The notes beneath the pieces are model-generated. The model was given only the letters and a program-made list of their open reading frames with translations. It had not been told where the DNA came from and made no database searches. A program made the position numbers and the translations under genes. Below, piece by piece: positions 46,451-58,018 of a stretch of 64,000 nucleotides of DNA. Numbering within the stretch: position 1 is the stretch's first letter; each line of letters begins with the position of its first letter. Location: contig CAIWCD010000013.1 of assembly GCA_903911145.1 (NCBI GenBank), forward strand, positions 1-64,000, written 5' to 3'. Source of the stretch: an uncultured delta proteobacterium. GTDB taxonomy: Bacteria; Myxococcota; Myxococcia; Myxococcales; 40CM-4-68-19.

Positions 46451-47317
46451 GTGAGCCAGACGATGAGCATTCCCAATCGCAAGGTTCGTGGCATCTCGGT
46501 CCCGTCGATTTTCTATGGAACGGCGTGGAAGGAAGATCGCACGGCGGCGTTGACGGCGCGGGCTCTGGCCGCGGGTTTCCGCGCGATCGACACGGCCAAC
46601 CAGCGCAAGCACTACGTTGAATCCTCGGTCGGTGATGCGATCTACGCGGCTCGTCAGCAGACAGGAGGACTGCGTCGCGCGGAGCTCTTCCTCCAGTCGA
46701 AGTTCACGCATCCGCGCGAGCAGGATCATCGGCTGCCCTACGAGGCCTCCGCTCCGACGACCGAGCAGGTTGCCCAGTCGTTTCAATCGACGCTCAAGCA
46801 CCTGCATACCGACTATCTCGATTCCTATCTTCTCCACTCTCCCATCTCTGGCGCCGGTCTCGCCGAGGCCGATTGGGATGCGTGGAAGGCGATCATCGCG
46901 CTGCAGAAGGCGGGGCGTGTGCGGATGATCGGCATCAGCAACGTGTCGCTCGCCCAGCTCGAACTGCTCCTCAAGAGCGGATTGGAAAAGCCGGCGTTCA
47001 TCCAGAATCGCTGCTTTGCCCGCCTCGGATGGGACCGCGATATCCGCGAGTATTGCCGCGCCAACGATATTCTCTACCAGGGGTATGGCCTGCTGACCGC
47101 CAACTCTCGCGAAATCGTGCGGCCGCAGATCTCCCGCATTCTCCTGCGCACGGGAGCGACGCCCGCGCAGTTGGTATACCGATACGCGATGCAGATCGGG
47201 ATCATCCCACTGACCGGAACCTCAGACTCGATTCATATGTCTGAGGATCTCGACTGCATGAAGATCACCCTCACCGCAGACGATTTCGCCGCGGTCGATC
47301 GGGTGGGAGCGGAATAG
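46451..47317 (+). CDS. Aldo/keto reductase
   Basis: YGTAWK, GFRAIDTANQRKHY, LQSKFT, YLDSYLLH, IGISNV. Confidence 0.92.
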   Translation: MSQTMSIPNRKVRGISVPSIFYGTAWKEDRTAALTARALAAGFRAIDTANQRKHYVESSVGDAIYAARQQTGGLRRAELFLQSKFTHPREQDHRLPYEASAPTTEQVAQSFQSTLKHLHTDYLDSYLLHSPISGAGLAEADWDAWKAIIALQKAGRVRMIGISNVSLAQLELLLKSGLEKPAFIQNRCFARLGWDRDIREYCRANDILYQGYGLLTANSREIVRPQISRILLRTGATPAQLVYRYAMQIGIIPLTGTSDSIHMSEDLDCMKITLTADDFAAVDRVGAE

Positions 47318-47498
47318 TACGGCCGCGTCGCCGCCGACGACGCCATTACGAGTAGCGCGGGTTATATCAACCGGGTTGGCCACGATGTCGTGGTCGCGCT
47401 TTCCCTCGAACTCATTTCTGCTTCCCTGGAGTGCGCGATTGCACTATCCAGCGATGGCCCTGCTTCAGCGTTGTTGATCCGATTCTGGAGGTACAAGC

Positions 47499-47996
47499 AT
47501 GGTTCGATTCCTCAAGCCGTTGGTCGTTGCAGGCTTGCCACTGCTGCTCGCCTTGACCGGTTGTCACAACGTCAAGCGGGACAACCCTTCCGGACTGGTG
47601 CACGAGATCCACGAACGATGGCAGTTCGATTCCGACGCCGTGCGGCGGTTCGATAAGACGATCTATGTCAACCAGCAGGCCACGGACTTGAATGCGCGAT
47701 TCAAGGAGATCTACCTCTCGCTCGATCGACGCTCCGGGAAGCCTTATGTATTCGATCGCACGGTCGCCATGTCCCTTGCCGCCGGGATGGACGAGTGGCA
47801 TCGCAAGGCAGACGAGTACGACCAGTATAGCTCTGGACTTTATTATAAGACCTACTGTCGCTTATTCGGGGCATTGGTCGCCCGCTACGTGGAAGAGCAC
47901 GGCGAGACGGAGACGGTCGCGATGCTCGACGAAATCGATGCATATGATCAGGCCTGGTGGTTGATTCACGATTACGTCCCGAACGACATGCCTTGA
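47499..47996 (+). CDS. Hypothetical lipoprotein
   Basis: GGAGG RBS, lipobox LTGC, helical acidic body. Confidence 0.7.
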   Translation: MVRFLKPLVVAGLPLLLALTGCHNVKRDNPSGLVHEIHERWQFDSDAVRRFDKTIYVNQQATDLNARFKEIYLSLDRRSGKPYVFDRTVAMSLAAGMDEWHRKADEYDQYSSGLYYKTYCRLFGALVARYVEEHGETETVAMLDEIDAYDQAWWLIHDYVPNDMP

Positions 47997-48198
47997 TTGC
48001 CGCACCACAGCGACCGATCAGCGGCAGGCCCCGCCGTGCGTTCTACTGCATGCAGGGAGGCCTCGCGCGACGGATCGCCGCAGCGGGATTCCGGGACCGA
48101 TCTCGATCTACAAAGCGAGCGCGAAGAGGGCGTGGTCGCACGCTGCGGTGGTGCAATTTCAAATCGTCGAACGCAGTGACTTGAAGAGCGGAGTTCAT

Positions 48199-50649
48199 AT
48201 GTCGAGGGTTCCGGACGCGCCTGCGCAAGCGACGCAGCGAAAGGCTGCTGGATTGGCGCCGCTCCTGCGCGCCGTGATCTCCATCGCGACCATCCTCGGT
48301 CTCTCCATCTGCGCGATCCCCTCTGCGCACGCGGAAGAAACCAAGGGCCCCGCGCCCCGCGCCAAGCCGCTGCTCGCGGTGCTGGAGCTGACCAACAAGG
48401 TCGAGGACAACCAGGAACTCGCCAGCGCGCGCTCCTATCTGACCGATATGGTGCGCAATCGCGCCAAGGACCTCGTTCCCTGGATCGAAGTCATTACCCG
48501 CGAGAACATCGTCGCCATCCTCGAGGGGCAAGGAAAGAAGTACGAGGAGTGCTTTTCCGAGAACGAATGTGAAGTGAGCGTCGGACAGAATCTCGGCGCG
48601 GACTATGTCGCGTCGGGCACCATCTTGAAATTCGGCGGCGAGCTGCGGCTGGTCTTGAAGCTCCACGACACGCATACCAACGGACTCCTGAAAGGGCTCG
48701 AAGTCGAAGGGTCCGATCTCAAGACGCTGGCCACCAATCTCGGGCCGGCGGTCGGGCAGCTCCTGGCGCCGCTGCTTGAGTCGGACATCTCGTCTGGAAA
48801 GAAGGGAGAGCAGGCGACCACGGGAGAGCTGTTCCTCTCGGCGAGTCCGGCGCAGGCGACGTACCAGATTGATGGCGGCTCCGCGGGCACGCTCGGCAAG
48901 GGAGGCACGGCGCTCTTGACCTTGCCGTTGGGAAAGCACCGCATCACGCTGCGGCTTGCGGGATACCAGACGGCGGAGCGTGAGGTCCTGATCCAGGCGG
49001 GCGCGCCTGCGAGCATCAAGGAGACGCTGCTGGTCCCTCCCCCACCGCAGACCGCTGCGGGCCGCGCCTTCCTCACCGTCGAGAGCACGCCGCCGCAGGC
49101 AACGATTTTTCTCGACGGCAACGACACCGGGAAGGTGACGCCCGCCAACTTCAAGGATCTCGCGCCCGGGCCGCACGAGATCGTGCTCAAGCGCGCGCTC
49201 TATCTCGACCACCGGGAGAGCAAGGTGCTCGCCGACGAGGAGCCCGCGGCGGTGCTCATCGATCTCACGCCAGACTTCGGCGATCTCGTCGTCGAGAGCA
49301 CACCGCGCGGTGCCGCGATCACCCTCGATGGCGAGCTGCGCGAGGAGCGAACGCCTGCCCGTTTCGAGAAGCTGCCCAGCGGCGCGCACCGGGTTGAGCT
49401 GTCGCTGCCTCGCTACGAGAGCGCGCGCAAGACGATGGTGATCGAGCCGGGCACCAGCCCTGCGTGGAAGGCGGAGCTTGCGGCCACCTTCGCCTCGGTC
49501 GAGTTCAGCTCCGAGCCATCCGGCGCAACCATCTTCGTCGACGACGTCGAACTCGGCCAGACGCCGCTCGCGCGCGAACTCGATCGCGGCACGCACAAGG
49601 TCCGCATGAAGAAGAGACTGCACGCCGAGCAGAGCGCGGCGCTGGTGGTCGAGGGAGGAAAGCCGCAGCGAGTGGCGCTCACGCTCTCTGCCCGATTCGG
49701 CGCGCTCCACGTGGTGGCGCTCGCGGGCGGTGCGCCCATCGAGGATGCCGAGGTGCTGGTGCAGGGAGAGAGCCGGGGCAAGGCCCCGCTGACGGTGAAC
49801 GAAATCCCCGAGGGAGTGGTGGCGCTCGAGGTGCGCGCGCCGTTCCACGCTCCGTTCATCTCGCAGGTGAAGATCGCCCGCGGTGCTCCTGTCGAGGTGC
49901 ACGCCGAACTCAAGGCCGAGTACGGATTCGTGCAGGCGCGCGCGGACCAGCCCGCCACTGTCGAGGTCGATGGCCGGGCGCAAGGTCCCGCGGACGGCAG
50001 CAGCATCAAAGTCGCGGTGGGCACGCGCCACATCTCGGTGCACCCCGAGCAGCCCGGTCGATACCAGACCTTCGAGCGCGAGGTGGTGGTGGCGCCGCTG
50101 GCCACGGAGAAGCTCGAGGCGAAGCTCGTCGCGCGGATGGGGAAGCTCGTGGTGCAGTCCACGCCAGCGGGCGCGACGGTGTTCATCGATGGACAGGAGC
50201 AGGGGCAGACGCCGAAGCGGCTCGACCTGTTCTCCGGCCCTGTGCAGCTCGTGCTGAAGAAGGATCGATATCTCGACTGGAGCGGCCCAGCGCAGGTGCG
50301 CGAGGGGCAGACCGAGAGTGTCACCGCGGAGATGAAGAGCGTAGATCTCGCGCAGTACGAGAGCGCGCGGCGCGTGCGGCGATCGATTTACTGGGGAGCT
50401 GGTGCGGTGGGCGTGCTGGTGCTCTCGGGCGTGGTGGAGGGGCTCGCGCACAAGTATTCGTCGGATGAATCCTCCGCGCTGTCCCGGTACGCCGCGGCCT
50501 CCGAACCCGCGGCCATCGCGGCTGCGCGCGGGGATGCGACGTCGGCCGCCTCGAGCGCGCGCGCCGCACAGTATGCAGCCCTGAGCATCGCGGTGGCGGC
50601 GATCATCCCAATCGGCTTCGCGGTCTGGAACCTGGTAGGTGCGCAATGA
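48199..50649 (+). CDS. Multi-PEGA domain protein with N-terminal TolB/CsgG-like domain and C-terminal hydrophobic helices
   Basis: Repeated (V/S)xSxPxGAx(I/V)x(L/V/I)DG...GxTP...GxH units; LGADYVASG. Confidence 0.9.
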   Translation: MSRVPDAPAQATQRKAAGLAPLLRAVISIATILGLSICAIPSAHAEETKGPAPRAKPLLAVLELTNKVEDNQELASARSYLTDMVRNRAKDLVPWIEVITRENIVAILEGQGKKYEECFSENECEVSVGQNLGADYVASGTILKFGGELRLVLKLHDTHTNGLLKGLEVEGSDLKTLATNLGPAVGQLLAPLLESDISSGKKGEQATTGELFLSASPAQATYQIDGGSAGTLGKGGTALLTLPLGKHRITLRLAGYQTAEREVLIQAGAPASIKETLLVPPPPQTAAGRAFLTVESTPPQATIFLDGNDTGKVTPANFKDLAPGPHEIVLKRALYLDHRESKVLADEEPAAVLIDLTPDFGDLVVESTPRGAAITLDGELREERTPARFEKLPSGAHRVELSLPRYESARKTMVIEPGTSPAWKAELAATFASVEFSSEPSGATIFVDDVELGQTPLARELDRGTHKVRMKKRLHAEQSAALVVEGGKPQRVALTLSARFGALHVVALAGGAPIEDAEVLVQGESRGKAPLTVNEIPEGVVALEVRAPFHAPFISQVKIARGAPVEVHAELKAEYGFVQARADQPATVEVDGRAQGPADGSSIKVAVGTRHISVHPEQPGRYQTFEREVVVAPLATEKLEAKLVARMGKLVVQSTPAGATVFIDGQEQGQTPKRLDLFSGPVQLVLKKDRYLDWSGPAQVREGQTESVTAEMKSVDLAQYESARRVRRSIYWGAGAVGVLVLSGVVEGLAHKYSSDESSALSRYAAASEPAAIAAARGDATSAASSARAAQYAALSIAVAAIIPIGFAVWNLVGAQ

Positions 50650-52076
50650 TCCGCTCGAGCAGCAAACCATCCGGCCTCGCCACTCTCCTCGCCTGCACGT
50701 TCGCCGCCTCCTGCGTCGATACTTCCGATCCGCTCTTCACGAACGTCTGGGATTCGCAGGGCAGCGGAACGCTGCAGGTGCAGTTCAACATCTCGGGGGG
50801 GCCCAGTCTGATCGCGATCTCCTGGTACGCCGCGGGAGTCTATCCATTGCCCGCGACCTGGCGGCTCCTCGAGGGGCCGTGCGGTGCAGCGCCGAGCGCG
50901 TTCACCAAGGTCGCCGAAGGGGCGTGGGACTATCATGGCGAAGCCTCTGAATCGAACGTCACCGCTGGAATATGCCGCGGCTATCGCCTCCTCGGGATCT
51001 CAGCAACTGGAACCCTCACGGCGCCCTCTGCGGAAAAGACGTTCACTCCCGAGTGCAGGCCGGGCGAGCATGTCTGCGGCGGCGCCTGCGTGACCGACCC
51101 GAATACCGACTCGCACCACTGCGGCGCAGCCTGCCTCGACTGCGCGACGACCGTTGGGACAGGGGCCTTCTGCCAGGCGGGCACCTGCCAGTGCCCAAGC
51201 AATCAGACGGCCTGCGGCGGCGCCTGCGTGAGCACGAGCAACGACGCAACCCACTGCGGAGCGAGCTGCGCCAACTGCGCCACCACAGTCGGCGTGGGCG
51301 CGTTTTGCAATTCTGGCACCTGCGAATGCCCGGGCGCCTATCTGGTCTGCGGAGGGACGTGCGCCAACACAGTAAGCGATCCGAGCCACTGCGGCTCCTC
51401 CTGCGCGAACTGCGCCACCACTGTTGGCGCCGGTGCAATCTGCAATGCCGGCGTCTGCGGATGCGCGGGCACAGCGACGGTCGTCTGCGGAGGGATCTGC
51501 GCCGACCCATCGTCGGACGCGAACCATTGCGGCGCCTCGTGCGCAAACTGCGCGAGCACAGTGGGAACGGGCGCCATCTGCCACGCCGGAGTCTGCGGCT
51601 GCGCACCGGGAACGCAGCTGCAGAGCGGAACCTGCATCACCACCGACTGGGCCGAGTGGCCGCTGCCCCCGGAGCCGCCGGCCTCGTCCTATCAAGTGGG
51701 CACGGGGAGCGCTGTGGGAGTGGTGTTCGACACCGTGACCGGCCTCGTCTGGCAGCAGACCGTCCCGAGCGGGGGATACACGCAGAGCGCGGCGGCGAAC
51801 TACTGCGCAACCCTGAGCCTCGACCCGAGCTGGATTCCAGTCGGCGGCTGGCGGCTGCCTTCGTACGTCGAGCTCTACTCGATCGTCGACCATACCCAGG
51901 CGCAACCATCCATCGACGCCACCGCGTTCCCCGGAGCGCCGTCCTCCGAATTCTGGACCTCCTCGCCCGTCGCGTATCCCCCTTCGTCGGGGGATGGGTG
52001 GCTCGTCGACTTCATTAACGGCTATTCCATCTACACAGAGACCACACTCAACTTCTCGGTTCGCTGCGTCCATTAA
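50646..52076 (+). CDS. Lipoprotein with Cys-rich tandem repeats and C-terminal DUF1566 (Lcl-type) domain
   Basis: Lipobox AASC; four CGGxCV...DxxHCGxxCxxC repeats; VFDTVTGLVWQ, GWRLPSYVEL, FWTSS, VRCVH. Confidence 0.88.
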   Translation: MIRSSSKPSGLATLLACTFAASCVDTSDPLFTNVWDSQGSGTLQVQFNISGGPSLIAISWYAAGVYPLPATWRLLEGPCGAAPSAFTKVAEGAWDYHGEASESNVTAGICRGYRLLGISATGTLTAPSAEKTFTPECRPGEHVCGGACVTDPNTDSHHCGAACLDCATTVGTGAFCQAGTCQCPSNQTACGGACVSTSNDATHCGASCANCATTVGVGAFCNSGTCECPGAYLVCGGTCANTVSDPSHCGSSCANCATTVGAGAICNAGVCGCAGTATVVCGGICADPSSDANHCGASCANCASTVGTGAICHAGVCGCAPGTQLQSGTCITTDWAEWPLPPEPPASSYQVGTGSAVGVVFDTVTGLVWQQTVPSGGYTQSAAANYCATLSLDPSWIPVGGWRLPSYVELYSIVDHTQAQPSIDATAFPGAPSSEFWTSSPVAYPPSSGDGWLVDFINGYSIYTETTLNFSVRCVH

Positions 52077-52148
52077 TGGCATTGACTTCCCTCGCAGCAC
52101 GCTCGAGCAGGGCCGAGGAAGTGTCAGGTTGAGAGCAAGGAGTCAGGC

Positions 52149-52616
52149 ATGGAGCGGATGAAGTCGTGGTTGTTCAGCGGAGCGGCAACGGGCGGGCTGC
52201 TGCTGGTCCTCGTCGCCGGAGCGGCGCACGCGTTTGCGCCCCCGGGTCGATATACGATCAGCGCGAATACCGTGGTTGATACCAAGACCACGCTGACCTG
52301 GCAGCGGACAGTGGACGCGCATTCCTATACCTACGCCGGTGCGCAGACGTATTGCGCCGGACTGGCGCTGGGCGGCGTCGCGGCAGGCGGCTGGCGCTTA
52401 CCGAATGTGCGGGAACTGATGTCGATCGTCGACGTCGGGTCCGCAAACCCTGCAATCGACACCGCGGCATTCCCCAACACGCCCTCCTACTATTTCTGGA
52501 CCGCGAATATCGACGTCCGGGACACCACGCAGGGCTTGTCCGTCGAGTTCCAGGATGGGCAGACCTCGGTCATGACCCTGACCGACACGACCGTGCGCGT
52601 GCGCTGCGTCCATTAG
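52149..52616 (+). CDS. Exported single DUF1566 domain protein
   Basis: Signal AAHA; VVDTKTTLTWQ, GWRLPNVREL, FWTA, VRCVH. Confidence 0.88.
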   Translation: MERMKSWLFSGAATGGLLLVLVAGAAHAFAPPGRYTISANTVVDTKTTLTWQRTVDAHSYTYAGAQTYCAGLALGGVAAGGWRLPNVRELMSIVDVGSANPAIDTAAFPNTPSYYFWTANIDVRDTTQGLSVEFQDGQTSVMTLTDTTVRVRCVH

Positions 52617-52887
52617 CGACGACGCGGCTTGGGCCGTGAACACCGGAGCACCTCACCTTTCACGCGATTGCGCGTGCTGGGTGTCGGCCTGATTTTTCCT
52701 CCGTGAAGCCATCCACCGGAAGGCTGATCATCATCGGGCGCAGCGCGGATAGAGGGCGGCGAGCCGTCTCCATATCGTGACCAAGTAGACACGGTTTGAG
52801 ATGCCCCGCGCAGCGCCCTTCGCACCCCCACGATGGAGTCCGCTGATGAACCCGAACCGCTCCTCCCCCTCCTGTAACGTTTCCACC

Positions 52888-54108
52888 ATGGCCAGGCATG
52901 CCGTCGCGATCGCCATCGCCGTCGGCAGCGTCGGCTGCGGGCCCGGCTCAGAGGCCGCACCCGATGCTGCGTCCACCGACAGCAACGGCGCCGATCTCTT
53001 CATCGGTCACAGCACCTGGGACAAGGACTCCGACGGCGTGAACACCACGCTGCGCGTCTGCTGGAAGTCGGTCGACCACGAGAACGCCGACTACGCGATG
53101 CTCCGCAATGTGGTGCGCAACGCCGTCGCCGCGACCTGGGAGCGAGAGAGCAACGTGCGCTTTACTGAGTGGGGCCCCTGCCCTTCATGGCCCGCGTCGC
53201 GCGAGATCCAGATCTCCATCGACGATTCTCAGCCGCACACCGGGCTCAAGATCTTTGGCAGCGTGCCCGTCACCTTCAACTTTGATTTCGCGAACTGGAG
53301 CCCATCCTGCGCGAATCCCGCGTTCAAGGCGTCCTGCGTGCACGATATCGCCGTGCACGAGTTCGGCCACGCCATCGGGTTTAATCATGAGCAGGCGCGC
53401 ACCGACACGCCGGCGAGCTGCACCAACCACGATACCTTCGACTGGGCGGTTGGAATCCTTGGCGGCACGTATTACGGCTCGTGGGATCACGACTCGGTCA
53501 TGAACTACTGCAACCCGATCTGGAACAACGATGGCCGCCTGAGCTTCTACGACGTCGGCGGCGTGCAGTGGACGTATGGGCCGCGGACCGCCCCCAACGC
53601 CTGCCAGCGCGCAAGCGATCTCTATGGAATCGCCGCGAACGTGACCTGGGGATTCGCGCCCGCCGACGTGCGTACCTGGTGGGCAGACAACCACTGCAGT
53701 ACAGCCCCCATTTCGACCAACACCTGCCAGCGCGCGAGCGATACGTACGGAATCTCGCCGAACACGATGTCGTTCGCGCCGACGGACGTGCAGGCCTGGT
53801 GGAAGGCGAACGCGTGCACGACGCGCCCGGTTGGCCCCACCGCTTGCGAGCGGGCCAGCGACCTCTACGGGATTCGCGGAGGCATCGACTGGGGATTCGC
53901 GCCCACCGACGTGCGCACCTGGTGGACGGCCAACGGCTGCAACAAGCAGCCGACCGCGGCGAACAGCTGCCAGATGGTCAGCGATCTCTACGGAACCTAC
54001 GGCGGTAACACCTGGGGATTCGCACCGGCCGACGTGCGCGCCTGGTGGACGGCGAACAGCTGCAACACGCGGCCCGTCGGGTTCAGCCAGCGCACGGTCG
54101 CGCGATAG
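52888..54108 (+). CDS. Metzincin (astacin/M12A-like) lipoprotein protease with four Trp/Cys-rich C-terminal repeats
   Basis: Lipobox SVGC; HEFGHAIGFNHEQAR zinc motif; Met-turn SVMNYC. Confidence 0.87.
   Translation: MARHAVAIAIAVGSVGCGPGSEAAPDAASTDSNGADLFIGHSTWDKDSDGVNTTLRVCWKSVDHENADYAMLRNVVRNAVAATWERESNVRFTEWGPCPSWPASREIQISIDDSQPHTGLKIFGSVPVTFNFDFANWSPSCANPAFKASCVHDIAVHEFGHAIGFNHEQARTDTPASCTNHDTFDWAVGILGGTYYGSWDHDSVMNYCNPIWNNDGRLSFYDVGGVQWTYGPRTAPNACQRASDLYGIAANVTWGFAPADVRTWWADNHCSTAPISTNTCQRASDTYGISPNTMSFAPTDVQAWWKANACTTRPVGPTACERASDLYGIRGGIDWGFAPTDVRTWWTANGCNKQPTAANSCQMVSDLYGTYGGNTWGFAPADVRAWWTANSCNTRPVGFSQRTVAR
53596..54081 (+). repeat. Four 40-41 aa coding repeats CxxxSDxYG...WGFAPxDVRxWWxANxC
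   Basis: Direct reading of translation and DNA. Confidence 0.9.
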
Positions 54109-54518
54109 CGAACAGCGATTCAGTGTTTCGCTTTTCGCCTGCGCCGCTTGGCCACGGGCGCAGGCGATATCAACGTAATACGGTTAATATGAATACCGCT
54201 GAAGATGAACAAGGGTCAGCAGCCGGGAAGAACTCAGTCACGCGCACGCCACGCGCAACGCGGCGGATTGAGTTCTCCGTCGTTCACGCCCGGGCGTAGC
54301 CGCCGCAGTCGCTGGCGCATGCAATCTTCGCCGCCAGAAACGTTCCGGGACGGCGCAGGCCGTACTTCGTGCCTCCGATGAGCTTGTCTACCGAGGCCGA
54401 TTAAGTCCAACCCGACCCGAATGCGTGAGGTGCGGCCGAAATCAGATTGACGCGGCGGATCGAGAATGAAAGTCAGTGCGCAGCGACAAGCGCTTTGCTG
54501 CGCCCCCGGGAGATTCCT

Positions 54519-56759
<2,241 letters not shown>

Positions 56760-56836
56760 AGCGGCGACAGGTCGTTCAAGAGGAGAACCTGAGTCTGACC
56801 GCTCAGGCTTCGTCCGCTCGGCTCTTTCCGAACGGG

Positions 56837-57084
56837 TTATCCCGGTGCTGGATCGCCAACAGGTCGACCCAGGACGGGGATGAATCGTTCCGACAGCTTC
56901 AGCAGCAATTCGGCACCTCGCGCGGGATTCTTCTCCAGCGTCGCGGACGGTGCAGCTTCGAGCTTCGGTGCCAGCTTCTCGAGTACGGGCAGGTACACCT
57001 CGCTGGTCTCAGCCGTGAGCTTGTTCGGCGTCCTTTTTGCCTGCCGCCTCGACGCTCTCCTGTTCTCGATCCTCCTCGTGGCAT
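56837..57084 (-). pseudogene. Frameshifted phage-type small protein (GGRQKGTPNK motif)
   Basis: MPRGGSRTGERRGGRQKG in one frame continues as TPNKLTAE... in the -1 frame at CAAAAAGGACGCCG. Confidence 0.6.
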
Positions 57085-57096
57085 GGCTATTCCTTC

Positions 57097-57474
57097 TTAC
57101 TTCAGTGGGTGATTGGCGCGGCACCCTCGAGCGAGGAAGGCGTCGAGGTCGACACGCCTCACGCGCAGGAGCGAGCCCGCGCGCGTCGCCGGAAGCTCAC
57201 CGCGCTCGATGAGCTTGTACGCAGAAGCAGAGCAACTGCCGAGCAGGTGCGCCACGTCAGCAGCCGACAAAACGATCGGGCGCGAATCGGAAACGGCCTT
57301 GAGATGCGCCGGACTGAGGTGCTGTCGGGCTTGTCGGGCTGGCGGCGGGAACGCCACCCGAGCTGCCATGCCTTGCACAACGGAGTCGACGACCGGCTTT
57401 GCTACTCCCTTGATACCAGCGCCGGGAGACACTGCTCGACCCGATTTCCTTGCCTCCGAAGAGGCATCAGACAT
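57097..57474 (-). CDS. Excisionase-like HTH (HTH_17/MerR-like) protein
   Basis: VLSAADVAHLLG...AYKLIERGELPATRAGSLLRVRRVDLDAFL; start uncertain (57474 or 57369). Confidence 0.75.
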   Translation of the reverse strand: MSDASSEARKSGRAVSPGAGIKGVAKPVVDSVVQGMAARVAFPPPARQARQHLSPAHLKAVSDSRPIVLSAADVAHLLGSCSASAYKLIERGELPATRAGSLLRVRRVDLDAFLARGCRANHPLK

Positions 57475-57486
57475 CGGGGAGTTGAT

Positions 57487-57981
57487 ATGGCGGGCGATAG
57501 TGGATTCGAACCACTGGCCTTCGGCTTCGGAGTTGGGGATCGGGGCCGTACCGAATCGTCCCTCAACGTCCCGAATCGTGTCTCTGCGCACGGTTACAAC
57601 GAGGGGTTCCAACAGCCGGGGACGCTCCGGGATGCAGAAATACGCTCAGTCTGCCCCACGGCTGCCCCACGACCGGCACCGCCCACTGTTCCCATTACAG
57701 GTATCCGCGGCCGCTCCACAGAAGCGATTCCCTCACCGCTTAGGACAGAAGGGACAAAAGGGACGAAAGCCCCGGACCAACGGCTTCGATCCATTCAAAC
57801 GCCTGTGCTCCCGGAGTTGCTCACGCCCGCCCAAGTGGCGGAGCACTTCGGCGTCTGCCGCGCAACGATCTACAGCCTCACCACGGCCGGGCAGCTCGCC
57901 CACGTTCGCGTGGGCTCGTTAATCCGTATCCCCCGCGTCGCCATGACGGCCTACCTCTCCCGTCGCCGAGGAACCCAATGA
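57487..57981 (+). CDS. ORF starting at the att core and ending in an excisionase-like HTH
   Basis: MAGDSGFEPLAFGFG (antisense tRNA) in frame with LLTPAQVAEHFGVCRATIYSLTTAGQLAHVRVGSLIRIP. Confidence 0.72.
   Translation: MAGDSGFEPLAFGFGVGDRGRTESSLNVPNRVSAHGYNEGFQQPGTLRDAEIRSVCPTAAPRPAPPTVPITGIRGRSTEAIPSPLRTEGTKGTKAPDQRLRSIQTPVLPELLTPAQVAEHFGVCRATIYSLTTAGQLAHVRVGSLIRIPRVAMTAYLSRRRGTQ
57488..57532 (-). other. 3' half of tRNA-Arg(CCG): attachment-site core
   Basis: Minus strand CTCCGAA GCCGA AGGCC AGTGG TTCGAAT CCACT ATCGCCC G CCA (anticodon loop, T arm, acceptor strand, CCA); no 5' acceptor strand or D arm upstream. Confidence 0.9.
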
Positions 57982-58018
57982 TCCCGAATGATGAAAGCCA
58001 ACCGAAGTGGAGCGCCCA

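Noticed and set aside
48043..50670. 875-aa minus-strand ORF and similar long antisense ORFs (8068-9483, 36041-37759, 41995-43584)
   Set aside because: Shadows of clear genes in high-GC DNA, with no recognisable motifs
50646..52800. Complete diversity-generating retroelement
   Set aside because: No reverse transcriptase and no near-identical template repeat seen in the window
57488..57565. Intact tRNA-Arg gene
   Set aside because: No complementary 5' acceptor strand, D arm or 5' anticodon stem; only the 3' half is present
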